From an uncultured Gemmatimonadota bacterium (GTDB taxonomy: Bacteria; SM23-81; DAOVCL01), in the NCBI GenBank assembly GCA_964626665.1, contig CAZVGK010000003.1:32001-96000 (forward strand): 64,000 nucleotides of DNA, given 5' to 3'. A model generated the notes under the pieces. It was given only the letters and a program-made list of their open reading frames with translations, was not told where the DNA came from and did no database searches. Made by a program: the position numbers and the translations under genes. Positions 1 through 10,403 of this stretch are shown here, one piece after another (positions within the stretch are counted from its first letter, which is position 1; each line of letters begins with the position of its first letter).

Positions 1-38
1 ATGGGGACTAAAACTTTTAAATAAAGGGGGATAGGAGA

Positions 39-1034
39 ATGGCTCCAGACAAGAAAAAAGTGGTTGTAATTGGGGGAGAGCAATACGCCGTGCCTGCCAT
101 TAGCAAATCGCTGGTGCTAATTGTTGTTCTGGTTATCGTGGGATTGATCTTAGTCTTTACCTCCTTCTATCAGGTGGGCACTGATGAGGTTGGGGTAATC
201 AAACGATTTGGTAAGTATGTAAACACAACCCAACCTGGTCTCCATTTCAAAACACCCTTTGGCGTCGATAAGGTAACCAAAGTGCCGGTGCAAAGGGTGC
301 AAAAGGAGGAGTTTGGATTTAGGACAACCAGGTCAGGGGTGAGAACGGAGTATCAGAGAAGAAAACCCCTCGAGGAGTCATTGATGCTCACCGGGGATTT
401 GAACTCGGCTGTGGTGGAGTGGATCGTTCAGTATCGGGTCAAGGATCCGGTTAACTACTTGTTCAAAGTCAGGGATGTGAAAACTACCATACGAGATATT
501 TCTGAGTCGGTTATGCGCCAGGTGGTGGGGGATCGAAGTGTGGATGAGGTCATCATTCTCTCCCGCAGAGAAGTGGCGCTGACAGCAAAACAGCGGCTGC
601 AAGAGATTCTGGATACTTATAAGACTGGAATTCATCTTGTGACTGTGGAGCTGAAGGATGTTAATCCCCCTGATCCGGTGAAACCCGCTTTCAATGAGGT
701 CAATGAGGCGAAACAGGAGATGGAGAGGACGGTCAATGAGGCCTGGGAGACTTACAACAAGGCCGTTCCCAAGGCCAGCGGTGAGGCGGAGAGGACTATT
801 AGACAGGCCGAGGGCTATGCGCTCAACAGGGTCAATCGGGCAAAAGGCGATGCCAACAAGTTTTTGGCTGTTTGGAGGGAATATAGTCGATCCAAGGATG
901 TGACCAGAAGGAGACTCTATCTGGAGACCCTGAACGAGGTTTTGCCCAAGCTGGGGAGAAAATACATCATCGACTCCGAACAGAAGGGGTTGTTGCCCTT
1001 ACTGTACCTCGATGAGAAGGGGGGGAAGAAATGA
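39..1034 (+). CDS. hflK: FtsH protease modulator HflK (SPFH/band 7)
   Basis: N-terminal TM helix; SPFH motifs GLHFK, MLTGDLN, DVNPP..VK.AF, RRRLYLETL; GGAG SD; stop overlaps hflC start. Confidence 0.95.
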   Translation: MAPDKKKVVVIGGEQYAVPAISKSLVLIVVLVIVGLILVFTSFYQVGTDEVGVIKRFGKYVNTTQPGLHFKTPFGVDKVTKVPVQRVQKEEFGFRTTRSGVRTEYQRRKPLEESLMLTGDLNSAVVEWIVQYRVKDPVNYLFKVRDVKTTIRDISESVMRQVVGDRSVDEVIILSRREVALTAKQRLQEILDTYKTGIHLVTVELKDVNPPDPVKPAFNEVNEAKQEMERTVNEAWETYNKAVPKASGEAERTIRQAEGYALNRVNRAKGDANKFLAVWREYSRSKDVTRRRLYLETLNEVLPKLGRKYIIDSEQKGLLPLLYLDEKGGKK

Positions 1035-1981
1035 AAGCAAAATGGATTGCCATAGGTGTTATATTATTTCTGGCCCTTATCATATTGGCCAGTGGTCTCT
1101 ATACAGTAGATATGACCGAGCAGGTGGTGATTACCCGATTCGGGAAACCAGTGGGAGATCCTATCAAAGAGCCTGGTCTGCACTGGAAGAGGCCTTTTGT
1201 GGAAAAGGTAAACTCCTTCGAGAAACGGATCCTGGAATGGGATGGCGATCCCAATCAGGTCCCCACCAAGGACAAGAAATATATCTGGGTGGACACCTAT
1301 GCCCGGTGGAAAATCGCCAGTCCCCTAAAGTTCTTTCAATCCGTACGGAATGAACTGGGGGCCCACGGAAGGTTGGATGACATTATTGATGCCGCCACCA
1401 GAGATTATATCACCTCCTACCCGCTGCTGGAAATAGTTAGAAATTCAAACAGAGAGATGGCCACCGCCGAGGCCGAGATGGAGTTGGCCGAAGAGGTAAA
1501 GATCCCCATCGAATGGGGCAGGGAGAAGATAACCCGCCAGATAATAGAGAGAGCATCACAGATGGTGCCGCAGTACGGGATCGAGTTGATCGATGTGAGG
1601 ATAAAACACATCAACTATGTGGAGGAGGTAAGGAAAAAGGTCTATGAGAGAATGATCTCAGAGAGAACGAGAATAGCCGAGAAGTACCGTTCGGAGGGTC
1701 AAGGGAAAAAGGCAGAAATAGAAGGCCAGATGGAGAAGGAACTGCAGAGAATTACCTCTGAGGCATATAGAAAGGCCCAAGAGATCAAGGGGAAGGCCGA
1801 TGCCGAAGCCACCAAGATCTATGCCCGAGCGTATAACAAAGATCCTGAATTCTATTCATTCCTCAAGACTCTGGATACCTATAAGCGGACCATCGATGAC
1901 CGCACTTGGTTAATCCTCACCACGGACAGCGATTATCTCAAGTATCTGAAAAGCCTGGCGCCCAGAAGGCAAAAGAGGTGA
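1031..1981 (+). CDS. hflC: FtsH protease modulator HflC
   Basis: TM helix; QVVITRFGKP, TKDKKYIWVD, VYERMISER, AYNKDPEFYSF; ATGA overlap with hflK. Confidence 0.95.
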   Translation: MKAKWIAIGVILFLALIILASGLYTVDMTEQVVITRFGKPVGDPIKEPGLHWKRPFVEKVNSFEKRILEWDGDPNQVPTKDKKYIWVDTYARWKIASPLKFFQSVRNELGAHGRLDDIIDAATRDYITSYPLLEIVRNSNREMATAEAEMELAEEVKIPIEWGREKITRQIIERASQMVPQYGIELIDVRIKHINYVEEVRKKVYERMISERTRIAEKYRSEGQGKKAEIEGQMEKELQRITSEAYRKAQEIKGKADAEATKIYARAYNKDPEFYSFLKTLDTYKRTIDDRTWLILTTDSDYLKYLKSLAPRRQKR

Positions 1982-2128
1982 CTCCAAAATTTTGAACTTA
2001 GCCATAAGCGGCGGAACTTTTCTAACAGGATAACAGAATTTTTATTCATTCATTCTGCCCATTATTGTAAACCGCATTTGGATGGTAACATTCGAATCGG
2101 CTACTAACGGCACATCTGAATTGGGGGA

Positions 2129-2257
2129 GGGCGTTCAGTTGAACGCCCCTACAACAAACCTTTCAAGAGCTGTCAGCCCCGTTCCAATGGGGTTCCTGGT
2201 GGAAGAGGTAACTCCTGACAGCACACTTTTGATTGACATCAGGAGATGTCTCCCACA
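2129..2257. repeat. REP-like GTAG palindrome plus composite palindromic element (second copy at 24008-24097)
   Basis: GGGCGTTCA-GT-TGAACGCCC-CTAC, then ACCTTTCAAGAGCT..GAGGTAACTCCTGACAGCACACTTTTGAT..CATCAGGAGATG.CTCCCACA shared with 24008-24097. Confidence 0.8.
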
Positions 2258-2447
2258 TCTTATCCACTGTGGATGATAACATTCACACCGAAGCATATGT
2301 AGACCCCAGCTATCTATCCATGGGAAGCTTATTGCTGATATAACAGCAATTATGTAAGATTTTGGTTCTGAGGAAAAATAGTCACCCCTGGCAGCCCAAC
2401 CAATCAAACACTTTCTACTCCAATCCCTTCACCCAAATTGATTTCTC

Positions 2448-2476
2448 TTGACATATCCTTATCTGCTGAGTAATTT
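2448..2476 (+). promoter_or_regulatory. sigma70-type promoter of hutI (near-leaderless)
   Basis: TTGACA-17 bp-TAATTT ending 9 nt before the ATG; no SD. Confidence 0.55.
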
Positions 2477-2485
2477 ACCACCATA

Positions 2486-3766
2486 ATGAAGGAGAAGTTA
2501 GACATACTCATTAAGGATGCCGAGGAGCTTTTAACCCTCAACTCCGGGATGAGTGGCCCGCGCATAGAGCATCAGATGGAGGAACTTGGTCTAATCAGCA
2601 AGGGCACCGTAGGAATTAAGGGGGGAAAAATCATCTCCGTAGGGACTACAGACCAGGTGCTGAAAGAAACTGAAGTCGACGAAAGGACCAAAGTCATAGA
2701 TGCCTCCAGAAAGGTGGTTACCCCAGGACTGGTGGATCCTCATACCCACCTTGTCTTTGCCGGGACAAGGGAGAATGAGTTTGAGGAGAGGATTAAGGGT
2801 AAGACCTATGAGGAGATAGAGACAAGGGGTGGGGGGATTAGGGCCACGGTGGGAAAGGTTCGCCAGTCAACGAAGGAAGAGCTGGTGCAGCTTGCCCTTC
2901 CTCGGTTGAAGAGGATGTTAAATTATGGAACAACAACTGCTGAGGTAAAAAGCGGTTATGGATTAAATTTAAATGATGAGTTGAAGATTTTAGAGGTCAT
3001 TAGAGACCTCAACCAACTACAACCGATAGAACTCGTCCCCACATTCTTAGGGGCTCATCAGGTTCCTGAGGAATATAGAGGGAGAAGGGGCGAATACATA
3101 AGACTACTCACAAAAAAGGTCATTCCTCAGGTAGCAGAGAGGGGATTGGCAGAATTCTGTGATGTCTTCTGTGAGGCAGCAGCCTTCAACAAAGAAGAGT
3201 CTAAGGAGATACTCTCGACCGGCAAGAGGTTCGGTCTGACCCCGAAGATTCATGCCGATGAGCTCTCTCCTTATGGTGGAGCGGAGTTAGCCGCTGAGGT
3301 GGAGGCAATAAGCGCCGATCATTTGGTTTATACCTCCTTACGAGGCACAAAAAGGATGAAGGAGGCTGGGGTGATCGCAGTTCTCCTCCCCGGAACATCC
3401 TTCTTCCTCAATTCGCAGAGATATGCCCCAGCAAGAGAGATGATCCAAGAAGGGGTGCCCATAGCTCTGGCCACAGATTTCAATCCTGGAAGCTGTATGA
3501 CCGAATCAATGCCCCTTATTCTGAATTTGGCCTGTTTGAAGCTTAAGCTCACCGCCGCAGAGGCCATAGTGGCTTCTACCATAAATGGAGCCTATGCCAT
3601 AGGCAGAGGAGAGAAAGTGGGAAGTCTGGAGAAAGGTAAACATGCTGACATTGTCATCTGGGGATTTCCCCATTATCGTATCCTTCCATACCATTTTGGG
3701 GTAAACTTGGCCAAAACGGTGATCAAAGCGGGGAAGGTAGTAGTAGAAAGGGGAGCGAAAGGATGA
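2486..3766 (+). CDS. hutI: imidazolonepropionase
   Basis: PGLVDPHTHLVFAG, EVKSGYGL, FLGAH, KIHADE, ALATDFNPGS amidohydrolase motifs. Confidence 0.95.
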   Translation: MKEKLDILIKDAEELLTLNSGMSGPRIEHQMEELGLISKGTVGIKGGKIISVGTTDQVLKETEVDERTKVIDASRKVVTPGLVDPHTHLVFAGTRENEFEERIKGKTYEEIETRGGGIRATVGKVRQSTKEELVQLALPRLKRMLNYGTTTAEVKSGYGLNLNDELKILEVIRDLNQLQPIELVPTFLGAHQVPEEYRGRRGEYIRLLTKKVIPQVAERGLAEFCDVFCEAAAFNKEESKEILSTGKRFGLTPKIHADELSPYGGAELAAEVEAISADHLVYTSLRGTKRMKEAGVIAVLLPGTSFFLNSQRYAPAREMIQEGVPIALATDFNPGSCMTESMPLILNLACLKLKLTAAEAIVASTINGAYAIGRGEKVGSLEKGKHADIVIWGFPHYRILPYHFGVNLAKTVIKAGKVVVERGAKG

Positions 3767-4251
3767 AGAGAGTATATCTCCTCCTCCCCATCATAGCCAT
3801 TTTAGCCGGTTGCGGTTGCTATTCCTTCTCCGGTTCCACCCTTCCCTCTCATATCAAGACAGTTGCCGTGCCCCTTTTTACAAATCGCACGACTCAATAT
3901 GGGATAGAGGAAAAATTAACTGAAAGCCTAATCAATGCTCTGGTTAGGGACAATACCCTCAAGGTAGTTCCCGAAGGAAGGGCCGACTCCGTACTCCGGG
4001 GGAGCATAGTGGATTACAAAAAGGAGGCCTATACTTTTGATGAAAACGAAAATGTGAAGGAGTATATAGTGCGCATTTATGTAACTGCCTCCTTTGAGGA
4101 CCTAAGAAAAAAAAGAGAACTCTGGAAGGAGGAGAAGTTAGAGGGATGGGGGTTCTATCTTGCCCAAGGGGAGACTGAAGACGATGCCCAGGAGAGGGCA
4201 ATAGCTAAGCTTTCTGAGGATCTGGTGAACAAGCTAATCGCCGGATGGTAA
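3763..4251 (+). CDS. lptE: LPS-assembly lipoprotein, LptE family
   Basis: lipobox LAGC; YSFSG..LP.HIKTVAVP.F.N.T pattern and terminal W typical of the FCB-type LptE. Confidence 0.75.
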   Translation: MKRVYLLLPIIAILAGCGCYSFSGSTLPSHIKTVAVPLFTNRTTQYGIEEKLTESLINALVRDNTLKVVPEGRADSVLRGSIVDYKKEAYTFDENENVKEYIVRIYVTASFEDLRKKRELWKEEKLEGWGFYLAQGETEDDAQERAIAKLSEDLVNKLIAGW

Positions 4252-4401
4252 CCTAAGCTACAAATGTAAAATTAAGAATGAAAGAAACTATTGACCACGG
4301 AGTCTGGGATTCAGCCCGTCTTCCTTTTCTACTATCTGCTACATTAAAACCGTAAACCGTCAGAATTGGGATTCTGACGGCTCAATAGGGAAATAGAAAC
4401 T

Positions 4402-4431
4402 GAGGTAGCAAAATCCCTGTTCTGCCACCTC
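4402..4431. repeat. GAGGTGGCAGAA..TTCTGCCACCTC palindrome family (other copies 8866-8891, 15585-15611, 16614-16643)
   Basis: four related hairpins read directly. Confidence 0.7.
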
Positions 4432-4466
4432 AGCTCTAACTAAGCCAATAACCGAAATTTTGTGGT

Positions 4467-4883
4467 TTATAGACTGCGGCCCGATTTGGCAAAAATCATA
4501 TGCAAGGCCAGCAAAAGCAGGGCCACTCCAAATATTTTTCTTAAAAGCTCATCGGAGAGTTTAACGGCCATCTTCGCCCCCAACAGCCCCCCCACAAAAA
4601 AACCCAAACAGACAAAGGCCGCCACGGCCAAGTTTACATAACCCTGTCTATAATAAGTCCAAGCAGCAAGCAATCCAATGGGTGGGATCAAAAGGGCCAG
4701 GGTCGTTCCCTGAGCTTGATGTTGAGTCAAGCCAAAGATATAGATCAATGCCGGCACGATAATCACCCCTCCCCCAATTCCAATTAAGCCACTAATAACC
4801 CCAGCGAAGAGGCCAAGCAGCACATAAAGAGAAATATCAGCCAATTTCGCCCCTTGGTTAAATAAAGTAACCTCCCATTTCAC
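4467..4883 (-). CDS. TauE/SafE (DUF81) family membrane protein, half-size; real start probably TTG near 4844
   Basis: SGLIGIGGGVIIVPAL, QHQAQGTTLA, LRKIFG. Confidence 0.85.
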   Translation of the reverse strand: MKWEVTLFNQGAKLADISLYVLLGLFAGVISGLIGIGGGVIIVPALIYIFGLTQHQAQGTTLALLIPPIGLLAAWTYYRQGYVNLAVAAFVCLGFFVGGLLGAKMAVKLSDELLRKIFGVALLLLALHMIFAKSGRSL

Positions 4884-4953
4884 GATTCCATCAGGGAAGC
4901 AGTCTGAAGACTGAACCCCAGGCTTTAAGGGAAATCCCAGCGAACAGGTCTAA

Positions 4954-5200
4954 TCCGACCTATTCATAAATTAGCATCAAATTCTAAATAACCAAAGGTT
5001 TTTGTTGGAAGGACTCCGCTTTATCGAAGTCCAAGGGAACGGACAGACATAAATGTCTGTCCCTACAGGACAAATACATAAATCCTTGGCTTCGAGAAAG
5101 TTATGCCAATTCGTTATCAGTCTATGAATAGTTAAGGTTAAAGACCAGTTCCTACAAATAAGTTCTCCGATCCTGCCACAAATTATATGAACAAATCGGT
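4954..5200. mobile_element. putative degenerate MITE containing a REP hairpin (related to 12721-12963)
   Basis: imperfect terminal IR (TCCGACCTATTCATAAATT / ACCGATTTGTTCATATAATT); internal GGACAGACAT..ATGTCTGTCCCTAC at 5041-5066. Confidence 0.35.
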
Positions 5201-5205
5201 TAGCT

Positions 5206-6858
5206 CTATAATCCCAAAAGTTTCTCATACTCCCCTGGGGTCTCCAATATCTCCATCGCCTTCAGCACCTGTTTGTCACCCTTTAACACGAAATCCTCAT
5301 AGACCGCCTCTTCACCCCAGAGTTTGGAAACAATCTCCCTCTTAATACCCATCTTGATGTAATCAAGGCTCTTTTCAAACTCCTTCTCCTCGGCCGCCAA
5401 CACCTTCGCTCTTAATTCTTCTATAATTTTTTCCGTATCAGGGCTATAATCGACTTCCTTCAAGCTCTTCTCTAAATCTTCAAGCTGACCTTCTGCCTTA
5501 CTGGTGTAATGGAAATTTTTCCTTCCCATAAATTCCTTGAACTCGGCTAACATCTGGTCAGTAACTTCAAAACCCTTCTGTAGACCCTTATGCTTGGAGG
5601 TGTAGTCAACTGCAAAATCAAAGAAAAGCCCCTTCCTGCTCAATTCCAACTCCAGCCGATTGAGTTTAGGGAGTTCGCGGACCACATCCGGAGTTATGCC
5701 TCCACCTCCATAGACCGTTCTTCCCCCCTGGGTCTTGAAGACTTCCTTCTGCTCTTCCTGCGTGGTATCCTTCTTCGCCTCTTCCTTCTTTTGGATACAT
5801 CTCCCACTGGGGATGTACCATTTAGCTGTGGTTATCTTCAGGGCTGTGCCCGCAAATGGTGTTCCCATGCCCGGCTTAAGCACAGTCTGCACCGATCCCT
5901 TGCCATAGGTACGGGTTCCCAAGATTAGGCCCCGATCCCAATCCTGCACTGCCCCGGAGATTATCTCTGATGCGCTGGCGCTTCCCCCATTTACCAAGAT
6001 AATCAAGGGTTTATCACCATAGAGAGGAGGAAACCGGGAATAAAATTGTCTGTTCTGCTTACTCAGTCTCCCTTTGGTATAGACAACCATTTTCCCCTTG
6101 GGGAGGAAAAGATCCGATACATCAACAGCCTGACTGAGTAATCCCCCTGGGTTATTCCTAAGATCCAAGATCAGGCCCTTTTGCGTCTTCTTCCCTGTCT
6201 TGATCAATGCTTCCCTAATCTCCTTTCCCGCATCTTCCGAGAAACGGGAGAGCCTTATATAGCCTACCCCATTGGCCACAATTCCCGCATAGGGCACGCT
6301 CTTTATCTTAATTACATCCCTGGTCAAGGCGAATTCCAGGGGTTCGTCGACCCCTTCCCTCTTTACGGTTAAGGAAACCTTGGTTCCCTTGGGCCCCCGC
6401 AGTTTCTTTGCCGCCTCCTGAGTAGTTATCCCCTTGGTGGATTCCCCATCTATCTTTGTCACCATATCCCCGGCCTGAATTCCCGCCTTGTAGGCAGGCC
6501 CTCCCTCAAAGGGAGAGATAACCGTGAGAACCCCTTCCCTCAGCCCAATTACCATTCCCACCCCACTATACTTGCCATGGGTCCCGATCATCAGCTCCTT
6601 ATACTGCTTCTGTTCGAAGAATTGTGTATGGGGATCCAATATCTTCAACATTCCCCTGATACCGGCATAGATCAAATCCTGCGGTTTTACCTCATCTACA
6701 TAGTTGCGGGTAATCTCAACAGCCACCCGATCAAGGAGCTTGATTCCGGCATAGAGGTTGTCCCCGCTGGCATAGAGATAAACCCCTATCCAGCCAATAA
6801 GGAGCAAGCTAATAAGGGCCCCCACTCCCCAGATGGTATATTGGTTCCTATTTTTCAT
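5206..6858 (-). CDS. ctpA: carboxy-terminal processing protease (S41, PDZ)
   Basis: LDPHT, PDZ GGPAYKAGIQAGD, ILDLRNNPGGLL, SASASEI, TYGKGSVQ. Confidence 0.93.
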   Translation of the reverse strand: MKNRNQYTIWGVGALISLLLIGWIGVYLYASGDNLYAGIKLLDRVAVEITRNYVDEVKPQDLIYAGIRGMLKILDPHTQFFEQKQYKELMIGTHGKYSGVGMVIGLREGVLTVISPFEGGPAYKAGIQAGDMVTKIDGESTKGITTQEAAKKLRGPKGTKVSLTVKREGVDEPLEFALTRDVIKIKSVPYAGIVANGVGYIRLSRFSEDAGKEIREALIKTGKKTQKGLILDLRNNPGGLLSQAVDVSDLFLPKGKMVVYTKGRLSKQNRQFYSRFPPLYGDKPLIILVNGGSASASEIISGAVQDWDRGLILGTRTYGKGSVQTVLKPGMGTPFAGTALKITTAKWYIPSGRCIQKKEEAKKDTTQEEQKEVFKTQGGRTVYGGGGITPDVVRELPKLNRLELELSRKGLFFDFAVDYTSKHKGLQKGFEVTDQMLAEFKEFMGRKNFHYTSKAEGQLEDLEKSLKEVDYSPDTEKIIEELRAKVLAAEEKEFEKSLDYIKMGIKREIVSKLWGEEAVYEDFVLKGDKQVLKAMEILETPGEYEKLLGL

Positions 6859-7498
6859 TGTTCTTCCCCCTTTCTGATCTGTCCTTCAGGAAGATATTTA
6901 CCGTATCCTTTATCTCCTTCTCTACCTCTTCTATCCCCCTTCTTCCATCTATCAACTTAATCCTTTTCTCCGCCCGGGCCAGGGAGAGATACCCTTCCTT
7001 GACCTTGACAAAAAAATCGAGATCCTGAGACTCCAACCTGTCTGGGGAACGACACCCCGCGAGCCTCTTCAGAACCATCTGGGGATCGATATCCAAGACA
7101 AAGGTCAAATGGGGGGAGAGCCCTTGGGTGGCCAATTGGTTTAACCTTTTTACCACCTCTGGGCCTATCCCCCTCCCATAGCCCTGATAAGCCACCGAAG
7201 AGTCAGAAAACCTCTCGCTTATCACCAAAAGGCCCTTTTCCAAGGCTGGTTTGACCACTTCGGCCACATGTTGAGAACGACTGGCCAGGTAGAGGAAAAG
7301 CTCGGTAAGCCCAGCCATCTCCGGATGGCTACGGTCCAAGATAAGCTCTCTGACCCTCTCCGAGATGGGGGGGCCACCCGGCTCCCTGGTCACCAACAGG
7401 GGGATTCCTCTCTCCTGGAGATAGGAGGAGAGCAAGTGGACCTGGGTTGACTTCCCACAGCCATCAAGGCCCTCAAAGGTGATCAAAAAACCCTTCAC
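6848..7498 (-). CDS. tmk: thymidylate kinase
   Basis: ITFEGLDGCGKSTQ, TREPGG, ERFSDSSVAYQG; GTG start overlaps the MATE stop (GTGA). Confidence 0.93.
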   Translation of the reverse strand: MKGFLITFEGLDGCGKSTQVHLLSSYLQERGIPLLVTREPGGPPISERVRELILDRSHPEMAGLTELFLYLASRSQHVAEVVKPALEKGLLVISERFSDSSVAYQGYGRGIGPEVVKRLNQLATQGLSPHLTFVLDIDPQMVLKRLAGCRSPDRLESQDLDFFVKVKEGYLSLARAEKRIKLIDGRRGIEEVEKEIKDTVNIFLKDRSERGKNNEK

Positions 7499-8838
7499 AC
7501 CTGAGTTGGCTGCTCCTTCCCCCATCTACTTCCCCTATATCTGAGATAATTGGCCATAGACCTTGAGGATTCATCGATCCCGGTGGCCAACCAAAGGCCA
7601 ACCAACCCTAAGCCCCAGAGAAAGCCCAGGGCCCAGGCCCCAAATATCTCAAAGGCCAGGACCCCAACTGTGGTCAGTATCATTAACCACCTTATATCTC
7701 CTGCCCCCCGCAAACTTCCGGATATGACGATATTCAGAGCCTTGGGCACCTGGATCACCGCCACCAGACCCAGAACCAGGACCCCTAAGTGGATCACCCG
7801 GGGATCTGAGGTAAAAAGATACATTATAGGTCTGGCCAAAAAGAAGAGAACCGCAGCAACTACCACCACAGTAAAGAAGACAATACGACTGGAGATGGTC
7901 CCCACCCTTCTGGCCCTTTCCTCTTGATTAGCTCCCAGGCTCTTGCCGGTGAGAGTCATTGCGCCCATTCCTATCCCCTGATAGAGCATAGAGATAACCG
8001 CCTGCAGCCTTAAGAGCACCTGATGGGTAGCCAAGGCCACCGTGCTTATCCGAGCAGCATAGCTCATCACGAACATTTGGCCGGTAACCCAGACCATCTG
8101 CTCCAAGGTGATGGGGGCCCCCATAAGAAAAAGCTGGCGAGAACTTCTCAGGTTGAACCTCTTTAAATCCCTCATTCTCAGGGAGAGAACGGAGCGATGG
8201 GACAAGAGAAGGGTAAGGGTGATGGCAAACCCAATGCTGTGTGCTATCCCTGTGGCCAGGGCCGCTCCCTTCACTTCCAAACGGGGAAAACCAAAGAGCC
8301 CGTAGATCAAAAGGGTGGTCAGAACTGCATTTATTCCATTTACCGCCAGGCTCACCATCATAGAGAGATGGGTATCCCCTGCTCCGCGCAGAATCCCCAC
8401 GGAGACAAAGTTGACAATGATCAAAGGCCCAAAACAGGCGATAATCCTCAGATAGCCAATACCCTGGGAAGCAGCCTGTGGCTCGGCCCCTAAGAGGGTC
8501 TTAAAGATCAAGGGAGCTGCAAAATACCAAAGCGCCGCAATCCCCAAGGAGGCTAAACCACTCATCATTACAGATTGCCCTAAAAAGTGGTTGGCTTCTT
8601 CTACTCTCCCTGCTCCCAGGTATTGACTAACGATTATCGAGCTGCCCATAACAAAAGTGAGCAGGAGAGTGGAGGTGAAGATAACCACTTGGGCAGCCAT
8701 TCCCACTCCAGCTAAAGCTGCAGCTCCCAGATGCCCCACCAACATAGCTTCTATCATCCACATCAGCGTCTGGGAGGAGAGGTCAACCATCGCGGGGAGG
8801 GATGTCTTGAGCAGGACTTTCAGGGGTGAACCGGGCAA
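7495..8838 (-). CDS. MATE family (MOP superfamily) transporter
   Basis: about 12 TM segments; VGHLGAAALAGVG, LRGAGDT, LEVKGAALAT. Confidence 0.9.
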   Translation of the reverse strand: MPGSPLKVLLKTSLPAMVDLSSQTLMWMIEAMLVGHLGAAALAGVGMAAQVVIFTSTLLLTFVMGSSIIVSQYLGAGRVEEANHFLGQSVMMSGLASLGIAALWYFAAPLIFKTLLGAEPQAASQGIGYLRIIACFGPLIIVNFVSVGILRGAGDTHLSMMVSLAVNGINAVLTTLLIYGLFGFPRLEVKGAALATGIAHSIGFAITLTLLLSHRSVLSLRMRDLKRFNLRSSRQLFLMGAPITLEQMVWVTGQMFVMSYAARISTVALATHQVLLRLQAVISMLYQGIGMGAMTLTGKSLGANQEERARRVGTISSRIVFFTVVVVAAVLFFLARPIMYLFTSDPRVIHLGVLVLGLVAVIQVPKALNIVISGSLRGAGDIRWLMILTTVGVLAFEIFGAWALGFLWGLGLVGLWLATGIDESSRSMANYLRYRGSRWGKEQPTQV

Positions 8839-8896
8839 CGAACAGGCCTTTCAGTCATATAAAATTTTGAGGTGGCCTGGGCCACCTCAAATTCCC

Positions 8897-10024
8897 TTAG
8901 TTCCCCACCGCCGGGGTTCCTTTGCCTCGAGGAGCTGGCTTTGCCTTCTTAGGGGCAGTTCCCTTGATAAACTCCTCCACCATTTCCCTGGCCTGTGAAT
9001 CGGTAAACTGCTTGGGAGGGGATTTCATAAAATAGCTGGAAGGTTCAATAACCTCCCCAGCTATACCATTGTCCATTGCCAATTTACAACATCTCACCGC
9101 ATCGATGACTACCCCAGCGGAATTGGGGGAATCCCAAACCTCCAATTTGAGTTCCAGATTCAAGGGGACATCTCCAAAAGTTCTTCCCTCCAGCCTAATA
9201 TAGGCCCATTTCCTATCCTTCAGCCAGGCCACATAGTCGCTGGGCCCTATGTGGACATTCTCCGCTCCCATATCATAGTCCAATTGGGAGGTTACTGCAT
9301 TTGTCTTGCTTATTCTCTTTGACTCTAACCTCGATCTCTCCAACATATTGAGGAAATCTGTGTTCCCTCCCACATTCAACTGGCTGGTCCGCTCCAGCCT
9401 CACCCCCCTCTCCCGGAAGAGCCTGGTCAGGACCCGGTGGGCAATGGTGGCACCTACCTGCGATTTTATATCGTCACCGATAACCGGCAGTCCCCTTTCC
9501 CTGAACCTCCCTTGCCAATATTCCTCCCTGGCAATAAATACGGGAATGCAATTAACCAGACCACATCCCGCCTCCAGCATCTGCTCCACATACCACTTGG
9601 TCGCCTCCTCGCTACCCACTGGGAGGTAGTTAACCACTACATCTGTCTTGGTTTCCTTCAATATGCTTACTATATCCGCGGTGGGGCCAGGTGCCTTCTC
9701 AATGATCTGGGAGAGATACTCCCCCAAACCGTCATGAGTCATCCCTCTCTCCACCTTCACCCCTAATTTGGGGACATCCATAAACTTATAGGTACAGTTG
9801 GGTTTGGCGTAGATCGCCTCAGAAAGATCCTTGCCCACCTTGTTCTTGTCAATATCAAAGGCGGCAGAAAACTCTATGTCCCTGATGTGGAAACCACCTA
9901 AATTAACATGCATCAGACCGGGAACAAACTCGTTCTCCTTGGCGTTTTTGTAAAATTCTACCCCTTGCACGAAGGAAGAGGCACAATTACCTACACCGAT
10001 TATGGCTACCCGAACCTTTCCCAT
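8897..10024 (-). CDS. ino1: myo-inositol-1-phosphate synthase (actinobacterial/archaeal type)
   Basis: [55 protein letters not shown]. Confidence 0.95.
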   Translation of the reverse strand: MGKVRVAIIGVGNCASSFVQGVEFYKNAKENEFVPGLMHVNLGGFHIRDIEFSAAFDIDKNKVGKDLSEAIYAKPNCTYKFMDVPKLGVKVERGMTHDGLGEYLSQIIEKAPGPTADIVSILKETKTDVVVNYLPVGSEEATKWYVEQMLEAGCGLVNCIPVFIAREEYWQGRFRERGLPVIGDDIKSQVGATIAHRVLTRLFRERGVRLERTSQLNVGGNTDFLNMLERSRLESKRISKTNAVTSQLDYDMGAENVHIGPSDYVAWLKDRKWAYIRLEGRTFGDVPLNLELKLEVWDSPNSAGVVIDAVRCCKLAMDNGIAGEVIEPSSYFMKSPPKQFTDSQAREMVEEFIKGTAPKKAKPAPRGKGTPAVGN

Positions 10025-10200
10025 ATCTTTACCCCCTTTCTCAAACGGACAAAGTTTTCAACCTATACTTCCAAAATCATAGCTAATCCCGATCTGTATC
10101 CAGGTCACCGTTCAGTCAAAAGGAGAAAACCAGCTGGCTTTATAAAGCAAGATCTTAAAATTTATGTCATGGTTTGCAGCCAGCAATGGTAAATTGTTCA

Positions 10201-10340
10201 CCCCATTAGATAATCTTATATCTAATGGGGCAAGGATTGAAAATTGAAAAAGGCAAAACAAAAGGCGAGATGTAGGCTTAACGAGGTGGAAGCAAAGGTA
10301 ATTTTTACTTTTGCACTTTGCATTTTTCAATTTGAAATTC
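10201..10340. repeat. CCCCATTAGATA..TATCTAATGGGG palindrome and inverted heptamer tracts
   Basis: perfect 12-bp arms at 10201-10230, then AAATTGA/AAAGGCA tract versus TTTTGCA/TTTTTCA tract. Confidence 0.7.
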
Positions 10341-10403
10341 GAAGCTTCGCCCAGTTTATACTGCCATAGCTTGACGGTTTGAGGCGAAGCTTCGCTAGAT
10401 AGG

